Positions 10,549 to 23,056 of a stretch of 64,000 nt of DNA are shown one piece after another. A model generated the notes under the pieces. It was not told the origin of the DNA. It saw only the letters and a list, made by a program, of their open reading frames with translations, and did not search any database. Both the position numbers and the translations under genes were made by a program. The stretch comes from Alphaproteobacteria bacterium. Lineage in GTDB: Bacteria; Pseudomonadota; Alphaproteobacteria; MPNO01; UBA830. Numbering within the stretch: position 1 is the first letter of the stretch; every line of letters begins with the position of its first letter. Location of the stretch: the NCBI GenBank assembly GCA_965243135.1, contig OZ251539.1, forward strand, positions 5,952,001 to 6,016,000, read 5' to 3'.

Positions 10549-11001
10549 TCAGAGTATCAGGTTTGTCGGTGGACAATGCGGCCAAGAAACGGAATCGATC
10601 CACCGTGGCGGATCCGTCAGCAGACAATCCGGCCAAGGCGTGAAGGCCATCAGCTCGGTGTCGCCTCGTTCGGCTCGTGCCTGCTGGGTTAGGGCTTGCC
10701 CGGTCCCGTCGCACAAAGGGCAGGTTTGATCAGCAAGCTCGGTGTCGCCTCGTTCGGCTCGTGCCTGCTGGGTCGGACTGCCAAGGGGACATTCCGGCCA
10801 AGGCTTGAAGGCCATCAGCTCGGTGTCGCCTCGTTCGGCTCGTGCCTGCGGCGGGGTCGGTATGTGTCCTGTCCCGCCACAAAGTCGACACTTTTCCGCG
10901 AGGTAGATCGGCCCGGACGGCCGCGGGTCACCCGGGGGCAAGATTTGAGCTGATACTGAATACGGCAGAAGTGCGATTAGCACTGCGAACAGGATTATCA
11001 T
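10549..11001 (-). CDS. Putative secreted Cys-rich repeat protein (150 aa)
   Basis: Signal-peptide-like N-terminus (MIILFAVLIALLPYSVSA); two CxxCxGTG motifs; QARAERGDTEL x3. Confidence 0.55.
   Translation of the reverse strand: MIILFAVLIALLPYSVSAQILPPGDPRPSGPIYLAEKCRLCGGTGHIPTPPQARAERGDTELMAFKPWPECPLGSPTQQARAERGDTELADQTCPLCDGTGQALTQQARAERGDTELMAFTPWPDCLLTDPPRWIDSVSWPHCPPTNLIL
10652..10849. repeat. 33-bp direct repeat x3 (starts 10652, 10736, 10817)
   Basis: AGCTCGGTGTCGCCTCGTTCGGCTCGTGCCTGC; periods 84 and 81 bp (in frame). Confidence 0.9.
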
Positions 11002-11170
11002 AACTCGTCTCCTAGCTGGTGATCACTGCCAGCAAGTCTACTAGGACGCTCTGAACGTGCCTGAACGGCATCGGCGAAGGCCTCGAGGTCTCCCGCGCCG
11101 GCCCGGCGGACCAGCGCGGCATCGTCGTCCTTGGTCATGCAGCAATTGTCCGAGCGTTCATGTTGTCTTG
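10998..11170 (-). pseudogene. Truncated paralog of the ECF sigma factor 5' end
   Basis: 11070-11170 closely matches 23530-23630, including upstream CAATTGTCCGAGCGTTCATG; MTKDDDAALVRRAGAGDLEAFA vs MTGEGDAALVRRAGGGDREAFA. Confidence 0.75.
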
Positions 11171-11397
11171 GAGCCTGATTGAAAACTATCGGGTGGCCTT
11201 GTGGTATCCACAAGGTTCCGTAACTCCATATGTGGAGACCACTATGCCTTGGGACAAGGCCACCCGAGAAGTATACCCGAAAGACGGAGCGCAGCGACCG
11301 TGCGAATGCGGAATGGGAGGCTGTCGCGCGCCTTCTCCCGGGCCGCTATGGGTCGTCTTCTCAAAAGCGCCCTGACCTGAATGCGATCCGTATGGCA
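11171..11397 (+). mobile_element. IS5-family left end and transposase N-terminal remnant
   Basis: GAGCCTGATTGAAAA end; frameshifted MPWDKATRE/KYTRKTERSD..NAEWEAVARLLPG...NAIR resembles IS5 DUF4096 N-termini. Confidence 0.55.
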
Positions 11398-11480
11398 CCG
11401 AATTACCCGGAAAAGTCTACGAAAACTTTTTCTCAAACCCCATATTTTTCAAGGGTTTCGAGGCTTAGCGGAAATTGCTG
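11398..11480 (-). mobile_element. Orphan left end of the IS family found at 25957-27580
   Basis: Reverse complement CAGCAATTTCCGCTAAGCCTCGAAACCCTTGAAAAATATGGGG... aligns with 25957-26040. Confidence 0.8.
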
Positions 11481-11549
11481 ACCCGCAGTAAACGCCATTG
11501 GGTTGGATCTTGATGCGAATGTCTGTCGGCCACCGCCGTATAGGCGGAA

Positions 11550-12449
11550 TCAAACGTTGAGAATCCGCGTCGGCCTGATTTCCTCCCCGACGAGGCGGGC
11601 GAGCGCGACCGGCCTGTCCCCCGATACCGCGAACAGCGCGGCTCCGGGTGCGCAGGTTTCGCGGGACCGCGCCCGGATAGGACGGCCATGGCGCATGTCA
11701 CCTGCCTCGGACTCGGAAAGGTTCACCGTGGGGAGATCCTTCAACGCCGCCCCGACGGGCAACAACTCGCTCGCTATCTCGGGCCGTGACGCCAGTTCTT
11801 CCAGGGTGACCGCCTCCCTTTCGGAGAACGGGCCGACCGCCGTTCTGCGCAAATCGACGGCATGGGCGCAGGTTCCGAGCGCCTCGGCCATATCGCGCGC
11901 CAGGCTGCGGACATAGGTTCCCTTGCCGCAGACGACCTCGAAGACCGCGTGATCCGCGTCGGGGCGGTCCTCGAGGGTGAAACGGTTCACCTCCACCAGG
12001 CGCGCCGGAGGCGGCGTGTCGTCGCCGCCGCGCGCGCGGCTGTAGGCGCGCCGGCCCTCGATCTTGATCGCGGAATAGACGGGCGGCACCTGCGAGATGG
12101 CTCCGACGAAGGCCGGCAGCGCCGCCTCGATCTCGTCGTCGCCGGGACGGACATCGCTGGTCGCGACGATCTTGCCGCTGCCGTCGCCGGTGTCGTGCGC
12201 CTCTCCGAACCGGGCCGTGAACCGATAGACCTTTTCGCCGTCCATGACGTGGGAAACCGTCTTCGTCGCTTCCCCAAGGGCCACCGGCAGGACGCCCGAC
12301 GCTTCCGGGTCGAGCGTTCCTGCATGGCCTGCTTTCTGCGCGTCGAAGAGGCGGCGAACCCGGGACGTCACCTGCATCGACGTGGGGCCGGTCTCCTTGT
12401 CGACGACGACCCAGCCATGGACCGGATTGCCTTTGCGCCTACGCGTCAT
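11550..12449 (-). CDS. truB: tRNA pseudouridine(55) synthase
   Basis: GWVVVDK, KAGHAGTLDP, CGKGTYVRSLARD; downstream of rbfA. Confidence 0.96.
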   Translation of the reverse strand: MTRRRKGNPVHGWVVVDKETGPTSMQVTSRVRRLFDAQKAGHAGTLDPEASGVLPVALGEATKTVSHVMDGEKVYRFTARFGEAHDTGDGSGKIVATSDVRPGDDEIEAALPAFVGAISQVPPVYSAIKIEGRRAYSRARGGDDTPPPARLVEVNRFTLEDRPDADHAVFEVVCGKGTYVRSLARDMAEALGTCAHAVDLRRTAVGPFSEREAVTLEELASRPEIASELLPVGAALKDLPTVNLSESEAGDMRHGRPIRARSRETCAPGAALFAVSGDRPVALARLVGEEIRPTRILNV

Positions 12450-12861
12450 CTTTCTGCGGCGCGGACGGGCGTGCGTCGGAGGCTGCCGTTTGCAGGAGCG
12501 CGTTGATGCGATCCGCATTGTCGAAGCGGGAATCCAGGTCGAACGAGAGTGCGGGCAGGCGCTTCAGGGCGACGGCCTTGCCGATCCGGCGGCGCAGGAA
12601 GGGAGCCGCGCGCCGCAGGCTCGCGACAAGTTCGGCGGCGTCCGCGCCGCCGAGCGGCATCACGAAAGCGGTGGCGCGGCGAAGGTCGGGACTGACCCGA
12701 ACCTCGGTGACGGTGACCGACACGCCGTCGAGTCCGGGGTCGTTCGCCTCGCCGCGGTGCAAGACATGGGACAGAGCGTGGCGGATGACTTCGCCGACGC
12801 GAAGTTGGCGCGGCCCCGGCAGCCCGGCGGCTCCCGACGGCCGCCGGTTTTCGCTGCGCAT
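12439..12861 (-). CDS. rbfA: 30S ribosome-binding factor A
   Basis: RQLRVGEVIR, VTVTEVRVSPDLR; between infB and truB. Confidence 0.95.
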   Translation of the reverse strand: MRSENRRPSGAAGLPGPRQLRVGEVIRHALSHVLHRGEANDPGLDGVSVTVTEVRVSPDLRRATAFVMPLGGADAAELVASLRRAAPFLRRRIGKAVALKRLPALSFDLDSRFDNADRINALLQTAASDARPSAPQKDDA

Positions 12862-12894
12862 AGCGTTTTTCCTCCGGAGGCTCTCGCGGCCCCG

Positions 12895-15471
<2,577 letters not shown>

Positions 15472-15477
15472 GTTCCG

Positions 15478-16062
15478 TCAGCTTTCCTGCAGTTCCGGCG
15501 GTCTCAAACCTCGAAGCCTTCGCACTTCGCGAACCAGGCGGTCGCATAACCCTCCCGAGCGAACCGCGGCGTGCACGACCCTGTCGCGTCCGAACGGCGC
15601 GCCGAGCCGGGAAGCCGTCCACAACGAGACGACCATGGCCTGCGGCGCAAGCCGCACGACCTTCTCGTGACCGTCGTTCGCGCCATCGGACGCCTCAAGC
15701 AACAACTGCACATCGCCTTCTTTCGCGGCCGCACTCACCCGCTCGAATCCGAAAATCGCATCGCCGGAGCGGCGCGCCAGCCCGATCAGGTCCATGCAGC
15801 GTTCGTCGAGCAACCCGACAAGGCGGTCGCACAGATCCGCCGGCACGGCCACCCGGCGCCGCGCCCCTCGCGAAAAAGCGTTCTCCGCACAAGCTCGCCG
15901 AACTATATCGCGATCCGCCTTCAACCACAATCCGCGACCGGGGAGGCGTTCGCCGAGATCCGGCACCAGTTCGCCGCCGGGCGAGACGACGAAGCGGACA
16001 AGGTCGTCCCGCGGGCCGGCGCTGCGCGTAACGAGGCATCTTCGCCGCGGCCCGTCGCCCAT
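15478..16062 (-). CDS. ylxR: YlxR/DUF448 RNA-binding protein with L7Ae-like C-terminal domain
   Basis: RRCLVT, LVRFV, LPGRGLW; position between nusA and infB. Confidence 0.88.
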   Translation of the reverse strand: MGDGPRRRCLVTRSAGPRDDLVRFVVSPGGELVPDLGERLPGRGLWLKADRDIVRRACAENAFSRGARRRVAVPADLCDRLVGLLDERCMDLIGLARRSGDAIFGFERVSAAAKEGDVQLLLEASDGANDGHEKVVRLAPQAMVVSLWTASRLGAPFGRDRVVHAAVRSGGLCDRLVREVRRLRGLRPPELQES

Positions 16063-16072
16063 CGTCCCGTTC

Positions 16073-17665
16073 TCATCCCGCCGCTTCTTCCGAAGCCGTC
16101 GACTCCGCAGGGTCTTCGTCGGGGAACCAATGGGCGCGGGCAGCCATGACGATCGCGTTGCCTTGGTCCACGTCCAGTTCGAAGTCGGCGAGAATTCCCC
16201 GGCCCTCGCCGTCCCGATTCCCCGGGTCGACCAGCTCGTCCGTCGCGAGATCGCCGAGATCGTCGACGGTCTTGACGCCGGCCTTTCCCAGCGCGACCAG
16301 CATCGCCGGAGAGAGCATCGGGATTTCGGCCACCTCGTCCGCGACGCCGAGCTCCCGGCGTTCCTCGGTAAGCCGCTTTTCCTCCTCCGCCAGAAAGGTC
16401 TGCGCCCGATTGCGCAGTTCGCGCGCGAGCTCTTCGTCGAATCCCTCGATCGCGAGCAGATCTTCGATCGGCACGAAGTTCACCTCTTCGACGGAGGAGA
16501 AACCTTCGGTGACCAGCAGATGGGCCAGAACGTCGTCGACGTCGAGCGCGTCGATGAAAGCCTGGGAACGCGACCGAAATTCTTCCTGGCGGCGCTCCGA
16601 TTCCTCTTCCTCGGTGAGGATCACGATGTCCCAAAGCGTCAGCTGCGACGCAAGGCGCACGTTCTGGCCGCGGCGGCCGATGGCCAGGCTGAGCTGGTCG
16701 TCGGGGACGACGACCTCGATCGTCTTCTGCTCCTCGTCGAGCACGACCTTCGTGACCTCGGCGGGCGCCAGCGCGTTGACGATGAACGTCGCCGGGTCGT
16801 CCGCCCACTGGATGATGTCGATTTTTTCGCCCTGCAGCTCGCCGACCACGGCCTGAACCCGGCTGCCCCGCATGCCCACGCAGGCGCCCACCGGATCGAT
16901 GCTCGAGTCGTTCGACAGCACGGCGATCTTGGCGCGGCTGCCGGCGTCGCGGGCGACGGCCTTGATCTCGATGATCCCGTCGTAAATCTCGGGAACTTCC
17001 TGGGCGAAGAGCTTGGACATGAAATGCGGGTGGCTGCGCGACAGGAAGATCTGGGGGCCCCGCGTTTCCTCGCGCACGTCGTAAATGTAGGAGCGGACGC
17101 GGTCGCCCTGCTTCAGCGGTTCCCGCGGAATGCTTTGGTCGCGGTGGATGACGCCCTCGGCCCGGCCCAGATCGACGGTCGTGTTCCCGTAATCGGAGCG
17201 CTTGACGATGCCGTTCACGATCTCGCCGATCCGGTCCTTGTACTCCTCGTACTGCCTCTTCCGCTCGGCTTCGCGCACCCTCTGGACGATGACCTGCTTG
17301 GCGGTCTGGGCGGCGACCCGCCCGAAGTCTATCGGCGGCAGCGGGTCGACGATGACGTCGCCGGCCACGGCGTCCGGTTTGATGTTCCGCGCTTTTTGCG
17401 GCGTGATCTGGGTGACCTCGTTCTCGATTTCGTCCGTCACTTCCAGATACCGGGCGAGATTGATGTCTCCGGTTTTCCGGTCGATGACGACGCGGACGTC
17501 GTGTTCCTGGCCGTACTTCGTCCGCGCCGCTTTCTGGATCGCCATCTCCATGGCGATCAGAACCTCGTCCGCCTCTATGGCCTTTTCGCGGGCCACGGCG
17601 TCGGCCATCTGCAGCAGTTCGAGCCTGTCGTAACCTGCGACCGGGATGTTTTCCATGTCGATCAT
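16073..17665 (-). CDS. nusA: Transcription termination factor NusA
   Basis: FGRVAAQTAKQVI, ARDAGSRAKIAV, GACVGMRGSRVQ, AIGRRGQNVRLA; ATGA overlap with the rimP stop. Confidence 0.97.
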   Translation of the reverse strand: MIDMENIPVAGYDRLELLQMADAVAREKAIEADEVLIAMEMAIQKAARTKYGQEHDVRVVIDRKTGDINLARYLEVTDEIENEVTQITPQKARNIKPDAVAGDVIVDPLPPIDFGRVAAQTAKQVIVQRVREAERKRQYEEYKDRIGEIVNGIVKRSDYGNTTVDLGRAEGVIHRDQSIPREPLKQGDRVRSYIYDVREETRGPQIFLSRSHPHFMSKLFAQEVPEIYDGIIEIKAVARDAGSRAKIAVLSNDSSIDPVGACVGMRGSRVQAVVGELQGEKIDIIQWADDPATFIVNALAPAEVTKVVLDEEQKTIEVVVPDDQLSLAIGRRGQNVRLASQLTLWDIVILTEEEESERRQEEFRSRSQAFIDALDVDDVLAHLLVTEGFSSVEEVNFVPIEDLLAIEGFDEELARELRNRAQTFLAEEEKRLTEERRELGVADEVAEIPMLSPAMLVALGKAGVKTVDDLGDLATDELVDPGNRDGEGRGILADFELDVDQGNAIVMAARAHWFPDEDPAESTASEEAAG

Positions 17666-18183
17666 CTGCGTTCTCCCGTATTGTCCGGACGCGGCGCGTC
17701 CCTGCCGGGCCGGGCGGCCGCGATCAGCTCGTCGGTCAGAACGAGTTTCGCGCTGTGCACGTCTTCGAACGGGACGACAAAGGTATCGTCGCGGACGGCG
17801 ATGCGGACGCAGCCTTCTTCGACGCCCGCCAGCTTGCCGCGAAATCGTTTCCGACCGTCGACGGGAACGCGGCTTTCCAGTCTCGCCTCGAAACCGGCGA
17901 AGCGCTCGAAATCCGGGAGTCGGACCAGCGGCCTGTCGATGCCCGGCGAACTGACCTCGAGCGTGTAGGAATCCGGAAGGGGATCTTCCGCATCGAGGAT
18001 CGCCGAGATATTGCGGCTGATGTCCGCGCAATCGTCGACGGTGATCTCCGCGCGGTCGCTGCGTTCGGCCATGACCTGAAGCGTCGGGCTGCGGTTTCCG
18101 GTCAGCCGAACGCGCACGAGGTCGTAGCCCATTGCGTTCAGCGCCGGTTCGACGAGCTCCGCGATCCTGTCCCTCTGGTCCAT
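17662..18183 (-). CDS. rimP: Ribosome maturation factor RimP
   Basis: DDCADISR, YTLEVSSPGIDRPL, GRKRFRG. Confidence 0.96.
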   Translation of the reverse strand: MDQRDRIAELVEPALNAMGYDLVRVRLTGNRSPTLQVMAERSDRAEITVDDCADISRNISAILDAEDPLPDSYTLEVSSPGIDRPLVRLPDFERFAGFEARLESRVPVDGRKRFRGKLAGVEEGCVRIAVRDDTFVVPFEDVHSAKLVLTDELIAAARPGRDAPRPDNTGERR

Positions 18184-18195
18184 TCCGTTCGTTCC

Positions 18196-18226
18196 CGAAA
18201 ATAAAAAAGCGGGCAGCGCCCACTCG
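18196..18226 (-). promoter_or_regulatory. rimP leader hairpin / attenuator-like terminator
   Basis: GAGTGGGCGCTGCCCGCTTTTTTATTTT: short GC stem plus U-tract immediately upstream of rimP. Confidence 0.55.
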
Positions 18227-18459
18227 TTAATCGTTCTGCTTCGCTCCGGAAGAAGAGCGCTTTCCAAAGAATAGCACCGGCGGAGCGGAATTCAAGCGCT
18301 TGGAGGCGATCGGTTTGCGCGCGCGGTTTCGGCGCGCGGTCGTCGAGGAACGGCCGGCGGGCCCGAAAAAGCGTCGCGAACGGGACGGACGACCTTGACG
18401 CGGCGCGCGCGGGCGTGCCCCGTTCGATCCTTCGCGCCGCCGCGGCGCGGCAACCCCCC

Positions 18460-19170
18460 TCAGATTCGCCCGCCAGGAGCAGGGCGGCCGTCGCGCGGTT
18501 GCCGCGCGTAGCGCATGAACGCGCTGGCGCGGCCCGCCGCTTTCGCTTTTTCCTCGAAACGCGTCGGCGGCCAGTCTTCCGGTCGGGTATGCGCGTACTC
18601 CGGTCCGAGGGGCGCGAAAGCGTCGTGATCGCGAAGAAGTTCGAGCATCCATTCAAGGTAATCGGCGTCGTCGGTCGCAATCCGAAGCTCCGCGCCGCCG
18701 CGCATGGTCGCCGCGAGACGGGACAGGGTCGACGCGTTCACGATGCGGCGCTTGCGATGGCGGGCTTTCGGCCAGGGATCCGGAAACAGGATGAAGACGC
18801 GGCCCAGAGAATCGTCCGGCAGGCGATCCAGCAGCAGCCGGGCGTCGTCGCGGTACAGCCTGATGTTGCGGAGGCCGCACCGCTCGATCCTCGTCGCGAG
18901 TTTCGCAGTTCCGGGGAGGAAGGGCTCGCAGCCGATCATGCCGATGTCCGGATGGCGTTGCGCCTGCCAAGCCAGATGTTCGCCTCCGCCGAAGCCGATT
19001 TCCAGCCAGAGGTCTTCGACGCCTGCCGGGAACAGGCCGGCCGGGGCGAGCGGCGCCTCGTCCGGGACGATCTCCAGCTCGGGAAGGAGCCGGTTCACGA
19101 GGTCGCGTTGCCCTTGCCGCAATCGGCGTCCGCGCTGTCGACCGTACAGGATCCGGCGGCGTTCGGTCAC
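18460..19170 (-). CDS. trmB: tRNA (guanine-N7)-methyltransferase
   Basis: LEIGFGGGEH, FPDPWPKARHRKRR, IATD. Confidence 0.95.
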   Translation of the reverse strand: MTERRRILYGRQRGRRLRQGQRDLVNRLLPELEIVPDEAPLAPAGLFPAGVEDLWLEIGFGGGEHLAWQAQRHPDIGMIGCEPFLPGTAKLATRIERCGLRNIRLYRDDARLLLDRLPDDSLGRVFILFPDPWPKARHRKRRIVNASTLSRLAATMRGGAELRIATDDADYLEWMLELLRDHDAFAPLGPEYAHTRPEDWPPTRFEEKAKAAGRASAFMRYARQPRDGRPAPGGRI

Positions 19171-19192
19171 CGCGCAAGCCCGCGCCGCGGGA

Positions 19193-20362
19193 TCAGGCGG
19201 CCGCGGACCTGAGGTCGTCTACGAGATCCGTCCTTTCCCACGAGAAACCGCCGTCGGCGTCGGGTTCGCGTCCGAAATGCCCGTACGCCGCGGTGCGGGC
19301 GTAGATCGGGCGGCTGAGCGCAAGCCGCTCGCGGATACCGCGAGGCGAGAGGTCGACGACCTCCTGAATGATTTCGGAAAGGCGGTCGTCCCCGACCTGC
19401 GAGGTGCCGTCGGTATCGACGTAGACCGACAGCGGCTTCGAGACGCCGATGGCGTAGGCGATCTGGATGGTGCACCTGTCGGCGAGCCCGGACGCGACGA
19501 CGTTCTTGGCGACCCAGCGCGCCGCGTAGGCGGCGGAACGGTCGACCTTGCTGGGATCCTTTCCGGAAAACGCGCCGCCGCCATGGGGGGCGGAGCCGCC
19601 GTAGGTGTCGACGATGATCTTACGGCCGGTCAGCCCGCAATCGCCGTCGGGACCGCCGATGACGAACCGGCCGGTCGGATTGACGTAGAATTCGTCCTCG
19701 CCGCACATCCAGCCTTCCGGGAGGACGCGCTCGACGTGCGGACGGACGATCTCGCGCACCGCGTCCTGGTCGAGATCCTCGTGGTGCTGGGTCGACACCA
19801 CGACCGAGGTCGCCCGGACCGGCGCGCGGTCCCGGTATTCGAGGGTGACCTGGCTTTTCGAATCGGGGCCGAGTCCGTTCGCCGTCCCCGCGTGCCGCGC
19901 TTCGGCGAGGGACCGCAGTATTTCGTGGGAGTAGTGGATCGCCGCCGGCATGAGCGCGGGGGTCTCCCGGCAGGCGTAGCCGAACATGAGTCCCTGGTCG
20001 CCCGCGCCTTCGTCCTTGTTGCCGGCCGCGTCGACGCCCAGGGCGATGTCCGCCGACTGCCGGTGCAGGTGGACGTCGACCTTCGCTTTCCGCCAGTGAA
20101 ATCCGTCCTGCTCGTAACCGATCTCCCTTGCCGCCTGCCGCGCGGCGTCCTCGACCATTTCGGACGTGATCGATTCCGGTCCGCGAACTTCGCCGGCGAT
20201 CACGATGCGGTTCGTCGTGGTCAAGGTCTCGCAGGCCACCCGAGACAGCGGGTCGGCCGCGAGATACGTATCGACTACCGCGTCGGAAATCCGATCCGAA
20301 ACCTTGTCGGGGTGGCCTTCCGAGACCGACTCGCTCGTGAACAAGAATTCGCCGTCCCGCAC
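19193..20362 (-). CDS. metK: S-adenosylmethionine synthetase
   Basis: [35 protein letters not shown]. Confidence 0.98.
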   Translation of the reverse strand: MRDGEFLFTSESVSEGHPDKVSDRISDAVVDTYLAADPLSRVACETLTTTNRIVIAGEVRGPESITSEMVEDAARQAAREIGYEQDGFHWRKAKVDVHLHRQSADIALGVDAAGNKDEGAGDQGLMFGYACRETPALMPAAIHYSHEILRSLAEARHAGTANGLGPDSKSQVTLEYRDRAPVRATSVVVSTQHHEDLDQDAVREIVRPHVERVLPEGWMCGEDEFYVNPTGRFVIGGPDGDCGLTGRKIIVDTYGGSAPHGGGAFSGKDPSKVDRSAAYAARWVAKNVVASGLADRCTIQIAYAIGVSKPLSVYVDTDGTSQVGDDRLSEIIQEVVDLSPRGIRERLALSRPIYARTAAYGHFGREPDADGGFSWERTDLVDDLRSAAA

Positions 20363-20902
20363 CGTGTGTCTCCCGGTTGTTAGGTTGTCAGAGAAGCTTC
20401 CAGAATCCGCAAAGGGCTGCGCGCCATTGTCGCAACAATCCGCACGGCGTTCAAACCTAGGTTCGCGGGATCGGAGAAGCGGAGTTTGCGGCGCTGCGAC
20501 TCAGACCCGGGGCGATCTGCGGCCTGGAGACAGACAGCTGCGTAGCAAGTGCATGCCCGTTCAGCGTAAACGCAGGCCGGCATCCGACGCAAGGCCGCAT
20601 GCCAGTCATCCGCCATGCGAAACTACGCAAGCGCAGCGAGGGACGGCGTGCGAACGTCGGGTGGGACGGGAAAACGCTCGTGACCCGGCGGAAATGCGCT
20701 GCCGGCTTGCGAGGCAGAAGCCGAGGCTGCCCAGGCGACTGCGATGCGGCGCAACGATCCAGTGCGGACCGTTCCCCCGGAACTCCTCTTGGGCGATCGA
20801 GGAAGAATTCCGCAGCGCCGGTTTCGTTGGCGCTGCGGAGAACTCGAGGGCCTCGCCGCGAGCCGCTCTTCGGCGTCCCGCGATTTCTTCCGGCGCGCCG
20901 GG

Positions 20903-23056
20903 TCAGGGCCGCAGCGGCGCCATGGCGGCGGCCGACTTCGCCATGCGCGCGAGGCGGACGAACTCCGCCCGGTAGCCGAACGGGTCGTTCCCCCGAGCGC
21001 CCTGCGCGAGCGCGACGACGTCGTCGTAGCCGAAGGCGCCGGTGTAGCGCCCGCCGCGCAGGAGTTGCCCGAACCCGGCCACCGCCGCCGCGAAGCGCAT
21101 GTCCTCGGGGGCCGCTTCGAGGCTCTCGAAGGCGTCGGCCGACATGACCGCGCGGACGATCTCGGCGCTGCTCGCGGCTCCCGGCAGCTTGTAGCGGACC
21201 TTCAGGTAGGCGACTTCCTCCGCGAAGGCGCCGGCCGCCGCTTCCGCCTTCGGCCGATAGCGCAGCGGCTCGACGCGCCGGGCGCCGGAACCCGCGGGCG
21301 TCAACTCGTAGAGGGCGGTCACCGTATGCCCGGCGCCGATCTCGCCCGCGTCCACCTTGTCGTTGGCGAAATCCTCGCGCGCCAGAAGCCGGGTCTCGTA
21401 GCCGATCAGCCGGTACTCGGCCACCGCCGCCGGATTGAACTCCACCTGGACCTTCACGTCGTCGGCGATCGGGAACAGCATCGAGGACGCCTCCTCCACC
21501 AGCACCTTGCGCGCCTCCGGCAGGCTGTCGATGTAGGCGGCGTTGCCGTTGCCGTGCTGGGCCAGCCGCTGCATCAGTTCGTCGTTGTAATTGCCCATCC
21601 CGAAGCCCAGCACCGACAGGTACACCCCGCTCTCCCGCTTGCGCGCGACGTAGCCTTCCAGTTCGTCCACGTCGGCGATGCCGACGTTGAAGTCGCCGTC
21701 GGTGGCGAGGATCACCCGGTTGACGCCGCCCTCGACGAAGCGACGCTCGGCCAGCAGGTAGGCCTGCCGCAACCCCTCGCCGCCGGCGGTCGACCCGCCC
21801 GCCCGAAGGCTGTCGAGGGCGGCCAGGATGCGCCCTCGCTCGTCGGCCCGGGTCGGCTCCAGCACCGTGCCGGCGGCGCCGGCGTAAGTAACGATGGCCA
21901 CCGTGTCGTCGGGCGACAGCGTGTCCAGCAGCAGCTTGAACGAGGAGATCAGCAGCGGCAGCTTGTCCGGTTCGTCCATGGAACCCGAACTGTCGATCAG
22001 GAACACGAGGTTGGCGGGAGGCGCCGCGGCGCGCTCCAGCCGGTAGCCCTGGACGCCGACGCGCAGAAGCAGGGCGGCGGCGTTCCACGGCGCCGGCATC
22101 AGCGCCGCGTGGACGGCGAAGGGCCGTTCGCGGCTCGCGGGCGGTTCGTAGCCGTAGGGGAAGTAGTTGACCAGTTCCTCGATTCTCACCGCGTCCTGCG
22201 GCGGCAGCGCGCCCCGGTTCAGGGAGGCGCGCACGAAGGCGTAGGAGGCAGTGTCGACATCGACCGAGAAGGTCGAGACGGGATCCTCGGCGGCGACCTT
22301 GACCGGGTTGGGATCGGACTCGGCGAAGCGGTCGCGCCCGCCCCGGCGGAACGAGGGCTCGTCGTCGACGGAAAGGCGGGCGACTGAACGGGAGGCTGAA
22401 ATAGCCCCGACTTGATCGAGTCGATCCGCTTGGAGGCTTCTCGGCGCGCTTGCTACGCTCAGCATTTGGCCTTGGATGCTCAGCATTTCGCTAAGGGCGG
22501 GAGTGTCGCCCAGCTCGCCAACGGCGTTCCTCTCGGTCTCGGTCGCCGCGGGATCGCCCGGGTCGGCAACTGCGCCGGCGGACGGAACGCTGTCGGCGGC
22601 GGTCGCCGCAGTTTTGGCACGGGGGAGGGCGAGAGTGCCGGACGGTTCGCTAACGGCGCTCCTCGCGGTCTCGGCCGCCGCGGGATCGCCCGGGTCGGCA
22701 ACTGCGCCGGCGGACGGAACGCTGTCGACGGACGCAAGCAACGGAAGCGGCTCGGGCGGGGAGAGCGCCACGAAGGCGGCGCCCGCGGCGAGGACGAGAC
22801 TCGCCCCGGCGGCAAGCGCGAGACGGGGGTGCGGCAGGATATGCGACATGATGATCCTCCTTGGCGAGAACGTGCCGCGGAAGCGCGGCATCCGTTCCTT
22901 GTGACGCGCCCCGTCCCCGATTCCTTGGCCGTGTTCCCGATGATGGCGATCGAACGACGCCAATGCCGCCGCCACGGCCCGCTCTCGCGCTTCCGCAGAA
23001 ACGCGCGGCGCGTCGGCGCGCAGGGCTCTCGCGAATCTCTCCAGTTCGTCGCTCAC
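20903..23056 (-). CDS. YfbK-like VWA/DUF3520 protein with N-terminal cytoplasmic segment and TM helix (putative anti-sigma)
   Basis: STFSVDVDTASY, NLVFLIDSSGSM, ILATDGDFNVG, YRLIGYE, DAGEIGAGH; GTGA-coupled to the ECF sigma gene. Confidence 0.88.
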   Translation of the reverse strand: MSDELERFARALRADAPRVSAEARERAVAAALASFDRHHREHGQGIGDGARHKERMPRFRGTFSPRRIIMSHILPHPRLALAAGASLVLAAGAAFVALSPPEPLPLLASVDSVPSAGAVADPGDPAAAETARSAVSEPSGTLALPRAKTAATAADSVPSAGAVADPGDPAATETERNAVGELGDTPALSEMLSIQGQMLSVASAPRSLQADRLDQVGAISASRSVARLSVDDEPSFRRGGRDRFAESDPNPVKVAAEDPVSTFSVDVDTASYAFVRASLNRGALPPQDAVRIEELVNYFPYGYEPPASRERPFAVHAALMPAPWNAAALLLRVGVQGYRLERAAAPPANLVFLIDSSGSMDEPDKLPLLISSFKLLLDTLSPDDTVAIVTYAGAAGTVLEPTRADERGRILAALDSLRAGGSTAGGEGLRQAYLLAERRFVEGGVNRVILATDGDFNVGIADVDELEGYVARKRESGVYLSVLGFGMGNYNDELMQRLAQHGNGNAAYIDSLPEARKVLVEEASSMLFPIADDVKVQVEFNPAAVAEYRLIGYETRLLAREDFANDKVDAGEIGAGHTVTALYELTPAGSGARRVEPLRYRPKAEAAAGAFAEEVAYLKVRYKLPGAASSAEIVRAVMSADAFESLEAAPEDMRFAAAVAGFGQLLRGGRYTGAFGYDDVVALAQGARGNDPFGYRAEFVRLARMAKSAAAMAPLRP
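22496..22727. repeat. ~100-bp in-frame duplication (period 132 bp) in the YfbK-like linker
   Basis: DSVPSAGAVADPGDPAA(T/A)ET occurs twice. Confidence 0.85.

Noticed and set aside
10652-10849. CRISPR-like 33-bp repeats with ~50-bp spacers
   Set aside because: Only three copies, periods are multiples of 3 inside an ORF, flanks are partly duplicated, and no cas genes are present.
20363-20900. SAM-type riboswitch upstream of metK
   Set aside because: No SAM-II or SAM-SAH consensus was recognised by eye; an Rfam scan would be needed.
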